The notes beneath the pieces are model-generated. The model was given only the letters and a program-made list of their open reading frames with translations. It searched no databases and was not told where the DNA came from. From the NCBI GenBank assembly GCA_013166775.1, contig JABLTJ010000037.1:1-50674 (forward strand): a DNA stretch of 50,674 nucleotides, in the 5' to 3' direction. A program made the translations under genes and the position numbers. Source of the stretch: Promethearchaeati archaeon (GTDB lineage: Archaea > Asgardarchaeota > Heimdallarchaeia > Heimdallarchaeales > Heimdallarchaeaceae). Of the stretch, positions 9,316 through 18,779 are shown one piece after another; the first letter of the stretch is position 1; every line of letters begins with the position of its first letter.

Positions 9316-10561
9316 TTGTCTCTGTCATGTATAGCAGCTCAGTGACAGACTTACTATATTTCATTGTATAGATGATTGAAGCAACTATCATTAAGATATA
9401 GAAAATACTTACTTCCATCCAGCTTAAAATTTGCCAGATAATTCTTTTAAATGAATGATTTATCAGTTGAGTAGCAAAAAATCCTTCGAAAACACCAAAA
9501 AAGAAAAGTGCAAGATTTAGCAGTTTAATCGGGCCTTTAGAAAAAAAGCCAACATATAGAAAAGGTATAACCATTGCTAGATATGATATCTGCATTTTAT
9601 GGAAGAAGATCAAATAAACCATCAGAAGAGCTACTGTTTGGTGATAAGACCAATGCCTCTTCCTAAGAAATAGTACTGATCCAACAGCACCTACCATGAG
9701 TATTGTGAGTATTGGGAAAATGAAGCTAAAACTTTCGATATTTATACTAAAAAATTCTTGAATTATTGTTAATATTCCTTCATTTCCAGGAGCTAGTATT
9801 TTGTCTTGGAACTGAAGAAGAAACTGTGAAGGTGAAAGTAGATATAGAGGTAGAACAAATAGTATAAGTCCTAAAAAGAATATTATAGTTTGAATAATTC
9901 TTTCCTTCCATTTTTCGCAATAAATCCAAATAAGAGGAGCCAACAGAATGGGAAAATATTTGAGACCAGCGCCAAGGACTAGTACTAAATTGGCTATTGT
10001 TTTGTTTCCTCTTTCATATAGATAAATTGGAAGAAGTATCAATAAAGGAACTATACATTCATCTGATCCCCAAAAAGAAACCAAGTGAAGAAAGAAAGGA
10101 TTAATGCTATACAGCAGTGCTATTGGAAAAGCGTGTCTATTATTTCTTTTCTCCTCAAGTTTGTAAAGTATCAGTGCGGAGAGTATTATGCATATTGCAA
10201 AGAATATTCTGAATATATAGGACAATAATATCATACTACTGGAATCTATATAATTTTCAACATTAACGAAATTAGTTGAATAGTCGCTTGAACCTATCAT
10301 CGAAATGAGAACTAATGGAGCCCAAAGATAAGAACTTAAGGGAGCTGCATTAACATAAAAATCACGATAGGGAACTCTACCTTGTAAAACACCCATTCCC
10401 CTATTAAAGAAAACAACTTGGTCTGCAATGATAATCCGAAAATCCGGATTAAAGTAACGAGTGTAGATAAAATGTATCATTAATGTAATTGCATATACAA
10501 TCGAAGAGATAAGAATTAACCATAAAACTCTTCTAGATTTATGTATCTTTATTGCTCTCAT
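9290..10561 (-). CDS. Multi-pass GT-C glycosyltransferase (GT87/DUF2029/PIG-M-like)
   Basis: About 10 hydrophobic segments; D..VF..G..VLQGRVPYRDF first loop, WGSDE and GAGLKYFPILLAP motifs. Confidence 0.65.
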   Translation of the reverse strand: MRAIKIHKSRRVLWLILISSIVYAITLMIHFIYTRYFNPDFRIIIADQVVFFNRGMGVLQGRVPYRDFYVNAAPLSSYLWAPLVLISMIGSSDYSTNFVNVENYIDSSSMILLSYIFRIFFAICIILSALILYKLEEKRNNRHAFPIALLYSINPFFLHLVSFWGSDECIVPLLILLPIYLYERGNKTIANLVLVLGAGLKYFPILLAPLIWIYCEKWKERIIQTIIFFLGLILFVLPLYLLSPSQFLLQFQDKILAPGNEGILTIIQEFFSINIESFSFIFPILTILMVGAVGSVLFLRKRHWSYHQTVALLMVYLIFFHKMQISYLAMVIPFLYVGFFSKGPIKLLNLALFFFGVFEGFFATQLINHSFKRIIWQILSWMEVSIFYILMIVASIIYTMKYSKSVTELLYMTETIIIYQSTE

Positions 10562-10580
10562 TTTGCAGAACCTTTAGTTA

Positions 10581-12599
10581 ATGAGGGAAAGACTAAAATG
10601 TATCCATTATTATTTTCTTTTTGCTAAGATGACTGCTGAAACAGAAACCTTGAACATCCGCTCTACCTTTTTCAAATGGATTCCTATTATTTCAACATTA
10701 CTGTTAGCTGGAGTTACTTACGGAGTTCAGAGAACTGCACTATCATTATATGCTGAATCTCTTGCTATTGAACAAGCAGGAGGTCAATTTACAGATTTTT
10801 TAATCTTTATTCAAGCAGCTTCCACTATTATCGCTTATGGTTTATTTAAAGGAATAAGTGCGTTTCTAAGTGCAAAAGTGAGTAATCGTTTTAAGAGAAA
10901 AAACACAATGAGAATTGGATTAGTTTCACTCTTAATAGGTTCAGTAGCAATCGCATTTGCAACTTATTTAGGCTTGTGGGCATTGATAATTGGAAACTTA
11001 TTTATTGGTGGTGGTTTGGGATTCTTCTTTACATCTTCAATGTCAGCTTTGACTGAAATAGCTGGTGCTGAGGGTTCAGCTTTCTCTGTAGGCTCAATGG
11101 AATTCTCTGTTTATCTAGGATCTAGTCTTGGAGCATTTTTCGCTGGTCTGATAGCTAAAGAACCTGAAAACTTCGCAAGGAGTTTTATCTTCGCTTTAAT
11201 TGTCGCTGGATTAGCTGTTCTTTTAGGATTTTTCTTGATTCGAAAAGTGGAAACATCTGAGCTTGTAAAAGGAACAAAAGAAGAGATTCTTCTAGATTCC
11301 ACAAAAGTAGAATCAAAGTGGAGTTTCAGAAATATTTTCAAAACTCCTACATTGCTGCTGTCTTATTTTGCTGGTCATTTCTCAAGAGTTACTGATAGCA
11401 TTATTGTGCTACTACTCCCAGTGTTAGTCAGCACTATCTATGGTTTCCAAATATGGGAGGTAGGTTTAGTAACTGCAGGATTTACACTTGCTTGGGCTTT
11501 ATTGATGCCTTTTACAGGAAGGATAAGCGATCGATTTGGAAGAAAAGAAGCAATCTTCATAGGTTTAGCAGTTGAAGGAATTGCTTTAATTCTTATTACA
11601 TTAACTCACTCATCAATTTATGTTATTCTTCTTTCAATTGTAGCGGGAATTGGAACTTCAATATACTATCCAAGTTTGCCTTCAATCTCAAGAGATGTTG
11701 TGCCAATTGTCAAACGCGAACAAAGTCTGGGAATTTATAGAGCTTCGCTTGATTCAGGTTATGTAACAGGACCTTTATTGGCAATAGGTCTAGCTTATGC
11801 TGCAACTAATTTGAATCTATGGAATTATGCAAGCACTGCTGAGACACAGGTAATAGAGAACATGTTGAAATTTCCCTTCCTAGTATTTGGTGGAGTACTG
11901 GGTCTATTATCGATCCTCTTCATATTTTTTGCTAGAGAGACAAGACCAGGATGGGTTCAAGCTAGTCATTCCTTAAAACATGGATACAAGGTTTTGGAAG
12001 TTTTTCAGAGATTATCCAAAGCTTTTGCTTATTATATTGATGAGGTAAAAACAGAGAAAGCAATAGAGTTCATGGAGGAAGCGAAAAATCTTGAAAGAGA
12101 AGCAGACATTCTAGTAGTAGAAGTAACGCAAGCTCTTTACGCTAATATCAGACCTGCACCTGATGATTACCATTTCTATAAAATAACTGATATCTTAGAT
12201 ACTTCTATTGGTCATAGTCTTAGATCTTTAAGAAAAATCGTTATGATACCTAAAGAAAAACTACCTAAAAGCTTCATTAATTATCTGAAAGAAGAATGTA
12301 AACTTCTTGTCAATATGATTACTAAAGCTGTTGAAGCATTAGAAGTAGTGTGTATTCAACCTCTTGCATCTCATCCTATTTTCGAAGCGGTAAGTGAAAT
12401 CGAAAATGCTTTGGATAAGAATAGTATGAAAGGTTTAACTAGCATAATTAAAGATTCAGGAAATCTAAATACTGTTGAAACTCTTTACATTATTCAAATC
12501 ATTGAAGCAATGGAAATATCCGCAAATCAAATAGAAGATGCTGTTGATGTGATGAAAATTCTTGGGTTGAAGCATCAAGTGAGTCCGTTAGTATTATAG
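10581..12599 (+). CDS. MFS transporter fused to a C-terminal DUF47/PhoU-like helical domain (probable start ATG 10629)
   Basis: 12-TM MFS with motif A GRISDRFGRK; soluble tail with LEREAD..., TDILD, IENALD and ISANQIEDAVD as in DUF47 proteins. Confidence 0.8.
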   Translation: MRERLKCIHYYFLFAKMTAETETLNIRSTFFKWIPIISTLLLAGVTYGVQRTALSLYAESLAIEQAGGQFTDFLIFIQAASTIIAYGLFKGISAFLSAKVSNRFKRKNTMRIGLVSLLIGSVAIAFATYLGLWALIIGNLFIGGGLGFFFTSSMSALTEIAGAEGSAFSVGSMEFSVYLGSSLGAFFAGLIAKEPENFARSFIFALIVAGLAVLLGFFLIRKVETSELVKGTKEEILLDSTKVESKWSFRNIFKTPTLLLSYFAGHFSRVTDSIIVLLLPVLVSTIYGFQIWEVGLVTAGFTLAWALLMPFTGRISDRFGRKEAIFIGLAVEGIALILITLTHSSIYVILLSIVAGIGTSIYYPSLPSISRDVVPIVKREQSLGIYRASLDSGYVTGPLLAIGLAYAATNLNLWNYASTAETQVIENMLKFPFLVFGGVLGLLSILFIFFARETRPGWVQASHSLKHGYKVLEVFQRLSKAFAYYIDEVKTEKAIEFMEEAKNLEREADILVVEVTQALYANIRPAPDDYHFYKITDILDTSIGHSLRSLRKIVMIPKEKLPKSFINYLKEECKLLVNMITKAVEALEVVCIQPLASHPIFEAVSEIENALDKNSMKGLTSIIKDSGNLNTVETLYIIQIIEAMEISANQIEDAVDVMKILGLKHQVSPLVL

Positions 12600-12651
12600 T
12601 GTTGTATATTTAAGACGATAAACTAAAAAGTGAATAATACGATAAGGGGTT

Positions 12652-14526
12652 ATGAAAAAAAGCCATCTCATTTTACTGTTCTTCATGTTAACTTCATTAT
12701 TACACTTGAATATTCGAACAATCAATTCATCAAGAGATGAGGGAACTCTTAATCCTCCTCAACTCGAATTAGAGAAGGTTAATACAAATCTAACTTTGTT
12801 CATAGAATTTGTTGGTTTTGATGAGGAATTTATTGATGAGGGGGAAATTCTTAGCCAAATCACTCATACATTCAATAGAGGTTCATCGTTGATAGGCACT
12901 TCTAAAATAGATTTCGATTTCAGTATCTCTTATGCAACTGATGCAGAGACTAATGCTTTGAAAAATTTCATTGAGATTATTAGTGACAAGGGATCCGGAG
13001 TTGGAAAATCTATTAATAAAACGAGATTATCTGAAGATTTAGCAACAGGTGTTAGAAGTGATTTTTTTATCACGGAGGATGGTATGGTAGCGGATGTTGA
13101 GGATGTTGAAGGTTATATTTCTGCTAATTTTTACGATGAAACTAATGCAGGAGAAGGATATACTATGTTTTTGCTTAACTTTTCTTGTTTCGATACTCCA
13201 GATCATAGTCAGGAACATTGGTATCAGATAAGTAAAGAATCATTTGATACAAATAGAACAATAAATCACTGGTATTCAGGATATAATGGCATACCTGAGA
13301 AACAGACATTAGGGTGGGGGGGAGATGAGAGGTTTTGTTTTATAGATCTTTCTTCAAGAACATGGTACTTCGATTGGATCACAACTGCTTGGCCAAGTCT
13401 TATTCCTAGTAGTGCAATCTATTACGATTACCCAGATGTTGATTCACTTATTCAAAATTATGATCCCAACACACCTGTTGGAAAATCTAAACTTTCAGAA
13501 TATATAGCAGCATGGATACAATCCTATTTGGGGAATCTCTTCTCTGCATATTATGGAGCATCTCCAATTGGAAGATCATACTCCATACAACTGCTCTTCT
13601 TCGAGAATCTAACTATTAATGGTTATTCATTCGAAGATTTTAATTGGATGATGTCTGAGAATCGAATGTTGAATCAACTCATAAAAGATTTTCCTTGGAT
13701 TGAATGGAATATTGAAGTGGAGTATGTGAGGTTTATAGATTACCCTGAAGTATTTGATTACATAGCTGAAAATGTAAAAAAGGATCAAGATGGACTTTAT
13801 ATTGAAGTTACGGATGGATTTTTCACTTACTTACAAAACAGATTGTTTGCAGATTTTAACTACTCAGCAGCAGATATAGTACTTCCCTGCTATGGTTTTC
13901 TAACAGATTATGTGAGTCTCAAATATTATGGAGTAAGTTTCGCAGGTTTAGGGGGAATGGGTTGGGAAATAATAACAGGTAGTCCAGGTTCTATTTTCGA
14001 AGATGGAGACGTATCTAAACCTAGAAGAGGGTTCACCCAAGTTATGATTCATGAACTTGGACATAGTTTAGGTTTTCCTCATCCTCATAACTATGACTAT
14101 GGTTGGGGATCATCTTTCGTTAAAGAAACAATGAATTATTTCTCTCTAGGAGAAGAGAGTTTTAGCACATTCTATAAAGATGGATTAGCAAGATCTCATG
14201 GTAATTTCTACTATCTTCTTGCACTTGAGGAAATGGAATTAGCATATGGAATATTCCTCGATGCAGGAGCACCTTCTGAATTAGATTGGTTAATAGAAGA
14301 AATTTATGGTCTACTCAATGGATATTTAGAACTGTATAATGAATTAAAATATTTATCAGCAGTTCTAAACATGACTACAGCTCTGAATAAAATCGATCTA
14401 ATTCCTTACTATATTGCTCATCCTGAAGAGATACCAACAGAACCAACTGAAAAGACAACCTTTCCACCTGGTATAATCTCCATAGCGATAGTATGGATAT
14501 TAATGAAGAAAAGAAAAAAGTATTGA
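12652..14526 (+). CDS. Cell-surface zinc metalloprotease (metzincin-like) with C-terminal membrane/sorting tail
   Basis: N-terminal signal peptide; HELGHSLGFPH (HExxHxxGxxH); Met-turn ETMNY; tail PTEPTEKTTFPPG + hydrophobic stretch + KKRKKY. Confidence 0.8.
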   Translation: MKKSHLILLFFMLTSLLHLNIRTINSSRDEGTLNPPQLELEKVNTNLTLFIEFVGFDEEFIDEGEILSQITHTFNRGSSLIGTSKIDFDFSISYATDAETNALKNFIEIISDKGSGVGKSINKTRLSEDLATGVRSDFFITEDGMVADVEDVEGYISANFYDETNAGEGYTMFLLNFSCFDTPDHSQEHWYQISKESFDTNRTINHWYSGYNGIPEKQTLGWGGDERFCFIDLSSRTWYFDWITTAWPSLIPSSAIYYDYPDVDSLIQNYDPNTPVGKSKLSEYIAAWIQSYLGNLFSAYYGASPIGRSYSIQLLFFENLTINGYSFEDFNWMMSENRMLNQLIKDFPWIEWNIEVEYVRFIDYPEVFDYIAENVKKDQDGLYIEVTDGFFTYLQNRLFADFNYSAADIVLPCYGFLTDYVSLKYYGVSFAGLGGMGWEIITGSPGSIFEDGDVSKPRRGFTQVMIHELGHSLGFPHPHNYDYGWGSSFVKETMNYFSLGEESFSTFYKDGLARSHGNFYYLLALEEMELAYGIFLDAGAPSELDWLIEEIYGLLNGYLELYNELKYLSAVLNMTTALNKIDLIPYYIAHPEEIPTEPTEKTTFPPGIISIAIVWILMKKRKKY

Positions 14527-14551
14527 AACTAGGTCGTTCTTTTCTTTAAAT

Positions 14552-16567
14552 TTATCCTTCCAATGAAAAAGGTGAAGCCTTAAAAATAGATTCTACAAGA
14601 GGATGAAACTCTTCCTCATTGACTTGTTCTAGAGCTAATTTATCTCTTAATTTAGGAATAGATTCTTTCAGGAATTTTCGAACTAGGAGTCTACTTTCAA
14701 AAGTCTCTGTATCTGCTACTAAAACAACCATTACGTTTTCTTGTTTTTCAATAATAACAGCTCTACCATCATGGGTTATACTCCTCAAAGTTTCTGTTCC
14801 TTTACCAAGAACTTCAGCAGAGAAATTGATAATTGCTGATATAAGTCCTGAGACTAGTAAATCATCTATGCTTTCTTTTCTGGAGAATTTATATGAATAC
14901 AGAGGGAGTCCGCCTTCATCAATAACAAGAAGCATATAGAGAATTATAGGTATTTTTTTTGGAGAACCGAAGGAAAAACTCATAATTTTCTTAAACAAAC
15001 GTTTTGGTCCCCTTAGCTCTTCAATTAAAGAAATCTTGTCTCTTAATCTCATCTGGATTTCTTCTGATCTGTCTGCAAGATTATATCTTTCAGCGAAATT
15101 TAATCCCGTTTTAAGTGTTTCATCAACTTTCTTATTCACATTTCTATATTGGAAATAACTAGCTTTTGTTAGAATAGCATCAATATAGAGAGGATGCTCT
15201 AACTCCTCAGTAATATGCAATAAGTTATCTATAAAATAAAGAAATTTAGTCCCATAATCGTTCTCATCAGTTATCCTGAACAACTCGAAATAACTCTCTG
15301 CTAGAGCCCCATAGGAATAGACTATTCCCTCTAGAATAAGCTGATTCTCAAAAAACTCTAAAGCTCTTTCAAAAAGCTCTACAGCTATGCTATAGTTAAC
15401 TTTTTTCTGATTATAGAGTCCTTTATAGAAATAATAGTAAGACATAGCATTAAAATTAAATTGTTCTTCTGCTAGATTAAATCCATTTTCTAGTGATGCT
15501 CCTTTATCTTTATTTGTTAGAATCTGAACATATCCATAAGTTATTTCAACAAGAGGGTATATGTAACCATAATCCTTGTTCAATTCATGAGCTTCACTGT
15601 AAAACATATCTGCTTTTTCTATCTTATCATCTAAAAGATGAATATCACCTATTTTCGATAAAGTTTGAATACGTAAGGGAATTATTAAGTTATCAATTTT
15701 CAATATTCGTTGATAAATATTCAAAGCTTCAGCTAGACCTCCACTCATCTTTTCTTTTGTAGCTATATTCAGGGAGATAATAGCTTCTAATTTAGAAGAG
15801 CTTATTTCCCTTGCTAGTTTTAGTCCATTATCAATGTGGACCTGAGCTGTTTTCACATTGTATTCCTTTAATTCTATCTGAGCTAATAGATTATAGAGAG
15901 AACATAACATCCCTTTGTTTTCAATGTTTTCTGCACGTTTTATTGCACTTTCCATCCACAGCTCCTTAAGTGTGTCATCTGCTAGATTGTATGCAAAGTT
16001 AAGCAGATCACATAGAAGTGCATCCAAAATGAAAGGAAATCGAACTGCTAAATCTTCAAGATTAATCAAATATCGTAGAAGTTCATTCAAAGCTTTGAAA
16101 CCAAGTTCAGGTTTTTTTTCAGTTGCAGATGAAAATTCATTAAGTGAAAGAATTAGAAAATCTTGTTCTTTGGAATCAGCTTTTTGATTAATTAATTTTT
16201 GAATCTTGGGAAGAACTAGTTGAAATTCTTCAAATTGAAATGTGTCTCTCAGAGCTAAAAGATAACACATCATTATTGAGAGGTTTTTAGTATCAACTTC
16301 TTTTCCAAATAGCTCCTGTAAATCTATAATTTCCTCGTATTCCTTGCTCCAATAACAATACAAGTAGTAGATAAGAAGAACAAATTGATCTTCTTTTTTC
16401 ATCTTCTTCTTAATTGAATTGAGATATCTGGAGAGCTTCTTTCGAATTTGCTCTTCATCCTTCATGTCACCTATAATGCGCTCTAAGAAGCTATAGAAGG
16501 AATCTTCATTACCTTTAATGTATTGATTAATTTCATTTGTAACAAAGCTTGGTAGAGATAAGGTCAT
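14552..16567 (-). CDS. TPR-repeat protein with C-terminal longin-like domain (paralogue A)
   Basis: TPR-like helices (TLSKIGDIHL..AD.FY..A); C-terminus LLVIDEGGLPLYSY..DDLLVSGLISAI..ITHDGRAVIIE. Confidence 0.75.
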   Translation of the reverse strand: MTLSLPSFVTNEINQYIKGNEDSFYSFLERIIGDMKDEEQIRKKLSRYLNSIKKKMKKEDQFVLLIYYLYCYWSKEYEEIIDLQELFGKEVDTKNLSIMMCYLLALRDTFQFEEFQLVLPKIQKLINQKADSKEQDFLILSLNEFSSATEKKPELGFKALNELLRYLINLEDLAVRFPFILDALLCDLLNFAYNLADDTLKELWMESAIKRAENIENKGMLCSLYNLLAQIELKEYNVKTAQVHIDNGLKLAREISSSKLEAIISLNIATKEKMSGGLAEALNIYQRILKIDNLIIPLRIQTLSKIGDIHLLDDKIEKADMFYSEAHELNKDYGYIYPLVEITYGYVQILTNKDKGASLENGFNLAEEQFNFNAMSYYYFYKGLYNQKKVNYSIAVELFERALEFFENQLILEGIVYSYGALAESYFELFRITDENDYGTKFLYFIDNLLHITEELEHPLYIDAILTKASYFQYRNVNKKVDETLKTGLNFAERYNLADRSEEIQMRLRDKISLIEELRGPKRLFKKIMSFSFGSPKKIPIILYMLLVIDEGGLPLYSYKFSRKESIDDLLVSGLISAIINFSAEVLGKGTETLRSITHDGRAVIIEKQENVMVVLVADTETFESRLLVRKFLKESIPKLRDKLALEQVNEEEFHPLVESIFKASPFSLEG

Positions 16568-16631
16568 TTAATCATCAGATACTCTAGAATGAATTTCAAG
16601 ATTTATAAATGAAGCTTTTCCACGTTCTGAT

Positions 16632-18722
16632 TCATATATCGATTTTAATTGCATCACTGAAAATTAATGTTTTTCCAAATAAGGATTTAACCTCATTATC
16701 TATTGTCTTAGCTAAGTGTTCATCTAATTCTCCATGGAAATGTTTGGGAATTTCCAAATTTGCTAGTTTGTCAGTTAATTGATGGATTTTTCTTCTTAGA
16801 GAGAATGAATCATATGCACTTACAGCTACAGAACTGAATCCTTTTGGATGTGCCTCGATGATGATTTTGTGATTGCCATAAGTTATAACCAGCATTTGAC
16901 TCTTCTGTTCCTCGAACAATTCAGTTAGCATATCTTTCACAGCTACAATAAAACCTCCAAAGAGCAGTTGATCCTTAACAGTCTTCTTTAAGATTACATA
17001 AGATCTCAAAGGTATACCAGATCTATGAAGAACAATTAGAGCTAATGGAGATATATCAATCTCAATTGGAGATTTTTGCATATATTTTAAACCGAAATCT
17101 TGAAGATTTGAGATATCATTTCTGAAAGGCTGATTTACCCAACTTATTTCTTTTTTCAGTTTTTGATTTATAACTTGACTAATCTCTTCGATTCTCTCTT
17201 CAACAATCTGCAAAAGTTGCTTGTTTTTCTCTTCTTGTAAAAGCTCTCTTGCTTGTTGAAGACTATTGAATGCTTTTGTATAATCTTTCTTTATTGCGAA
17301 AATCTTTCCTTGTAAGAGATATAATGCAATTTGCTCTTTTAATAATTTGTTCTCATTGAAAAAGGGAAGAATGTGATCCAAATTATACAGAGCTCTTTCA
17401 AGAGCAGCCAAATCATTTTCTATGTCATACTCCGCAATGTTTAGTAGAATGAGATTCATCAATATTTTCGCGGATATTTCTCCTCTTCCTTGAACATCAG
17501 CTTTCTCTAGAGCAATTTTCAGTTGCTGTTCTGCTTTTCCATAATTGAGATTTTTGATATTAAAAATCCCTTTCAAAAATAGAATGTAAGATTCAATTGT
17601 AAGAGAAGGATGGTTCCTCACTTCTTCTTCAAGCGATTCAATCAAACTTTCGAATTCATTGATTTTATTTTTTTGTAAATAAAGTTCCGCAAGAATGCAA
17701 TAATGATAAGTCTCTTTCATGTTTAACTTTTCAATAATCTGTAGAGCTTCTTCATACTTTGATATTGCTTCTTGAAAATCTCCTCGTTCAATTGCTATGT
17801 TTCCCAAACTTTTGATTGTGAGGGCTACATGTTTGTTTTCTTCTAGATTTTGAAATATTTGCAGAATCTCATTAAATATTTTCTCTGCTTGTTTCACATC
17901 TCCATAAATAGTACTTATTGTTCCTAAATTGCCTTTAGAAGCAGCTAATAAACTTAGATTTCCAGTATTCTCGAATATTTCTATAGATTCTTCTGTTAAA
18001 GTCTGTGAATCTTCTATTTGGCCACTATCTCTCTCTAAGAGAGCTAAAAGGTAAGTAATGTGGCCTATGTGATTTCTCTCTTCCAAATCCAGTGCTATAT
18101 GCAAAGCTACATTTAATTTATTTTCGAGTTTAATTTTCTCATCTACATATCTATTCAAAAAGAAATCATCTTTATGACCATCAAGCAGGATATCGTTTAA
18201 TGCTGGTTTTTCAATCCGGGTTGATTTATGAGTTCTTAATCCTTCCTCAAAAAGCATATTCAGATAGAATTTACATTGTTCATAATTACCAAGATTCAGA
18301 TATCCATTTGCTATAGAACGAATCGAATGTAATTTTAATAGAATAGAGATATTTTCTTTATCTTTAATTTTCGAAGCTAGTTTTATAACTTCTTCATTTA
18401 GACCTTTCTCCAAAGAAAATCTAAAGATCCATAGATTTAGAGCTTCAGAGGAATATTGTTGATTTAAAGAAGTGAGTGTATCATAATCCGCAATGTTGAA
18501 TAGAACCTTTCCGAGTGAAAACATAAGGATTTCAGATGGTTCGGAAATATTCAGAACAAGATCTACTAAATAATCCCTTACTTTAATTAAGGAATCTCCA
18601 GTATTGAAATCCTTTCCAGATTCTTTGAACAAATCCTGTTCTTTTTCGCTCATGAGAGGTAGGTAAATCGCAAATTCTTTTGGGAAACCTCTCTTATTTC
18701 CCTTAACCTTCATTAGCTTCAA
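16632..18722 (-). CDS. TPR-repeat protein with C-terminal longin-like domain (paralogue B; possible ATG 18713)
   Basis: TPRs such as SLGNIAIERGDFQEAISKYEEAL; C-terminus LIVLHRSGIPLRSY..DQLLFGGFIVAV..ITYGNHKIIIE..DSFSLRRK. Confidence 0.75.
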   Translation of the reverse strand: MKLMKVKGNKRGFPKEFAIYLPLMSEKEQDLFKESGKDFNTGDSLIKVRDYLVDLVLNISEPSEILMFSLGKVLFNIADYDTLTSLNQQYSSEALNLWIFRFSLEKGLNEEVIKLASKIKDKENISILLKLHSIRSIANGYLNLGNYEQCKFYLNMLFEEGLRTHKSTRIEKPALNDILLDGHKDDFFLNRYVDEKIKLENKLNVALHIALDLEERNHIGHITYLLALLERDSGQIEDSQTLTEESIEIFENTGNLSLLAASKGNLGTISTIYGDVKQAEKIFNEILQIFQNLEENKHVALTIKSLGNIAIERGDFQEAISKYEEALQIIEKLNMKETYHYCILAELYLQKNKINEFESLIESLEEEVRNHPSLTIESYILFLKGIFNIKNLNYGKAEQQLKIALEKADVQGRGEISAKILMNLILLNIAEYDIENDLAALERALYNLDHILPFFNENKLLKEQIALYLLQGKIFAIKKDYTKAFNSLQQARELLQEEKNKQLLQIVEERIEEISQVINQKLKKEISWVNQPFRNDISNLQDFGLKYMQKSPIEIDISPLALIVLHRSGIPLRSYVILKKTVKDQLLFGGFIVAVKDMLTELFEEQKSQMLVITYGNHKIIIEAHPKGFSSVAVSAYDSFSLRRKIHQLTDKLANLEIPKHFHGELDEHLAKTIDNEVKSLFGKTLIFSDAIKIDI

Positions 18723-18779
18723 TATAATTTCTTAAAGCTGAATAAAAACCTTAGCTTTCTATTAAAGTTGTAACTAAAA

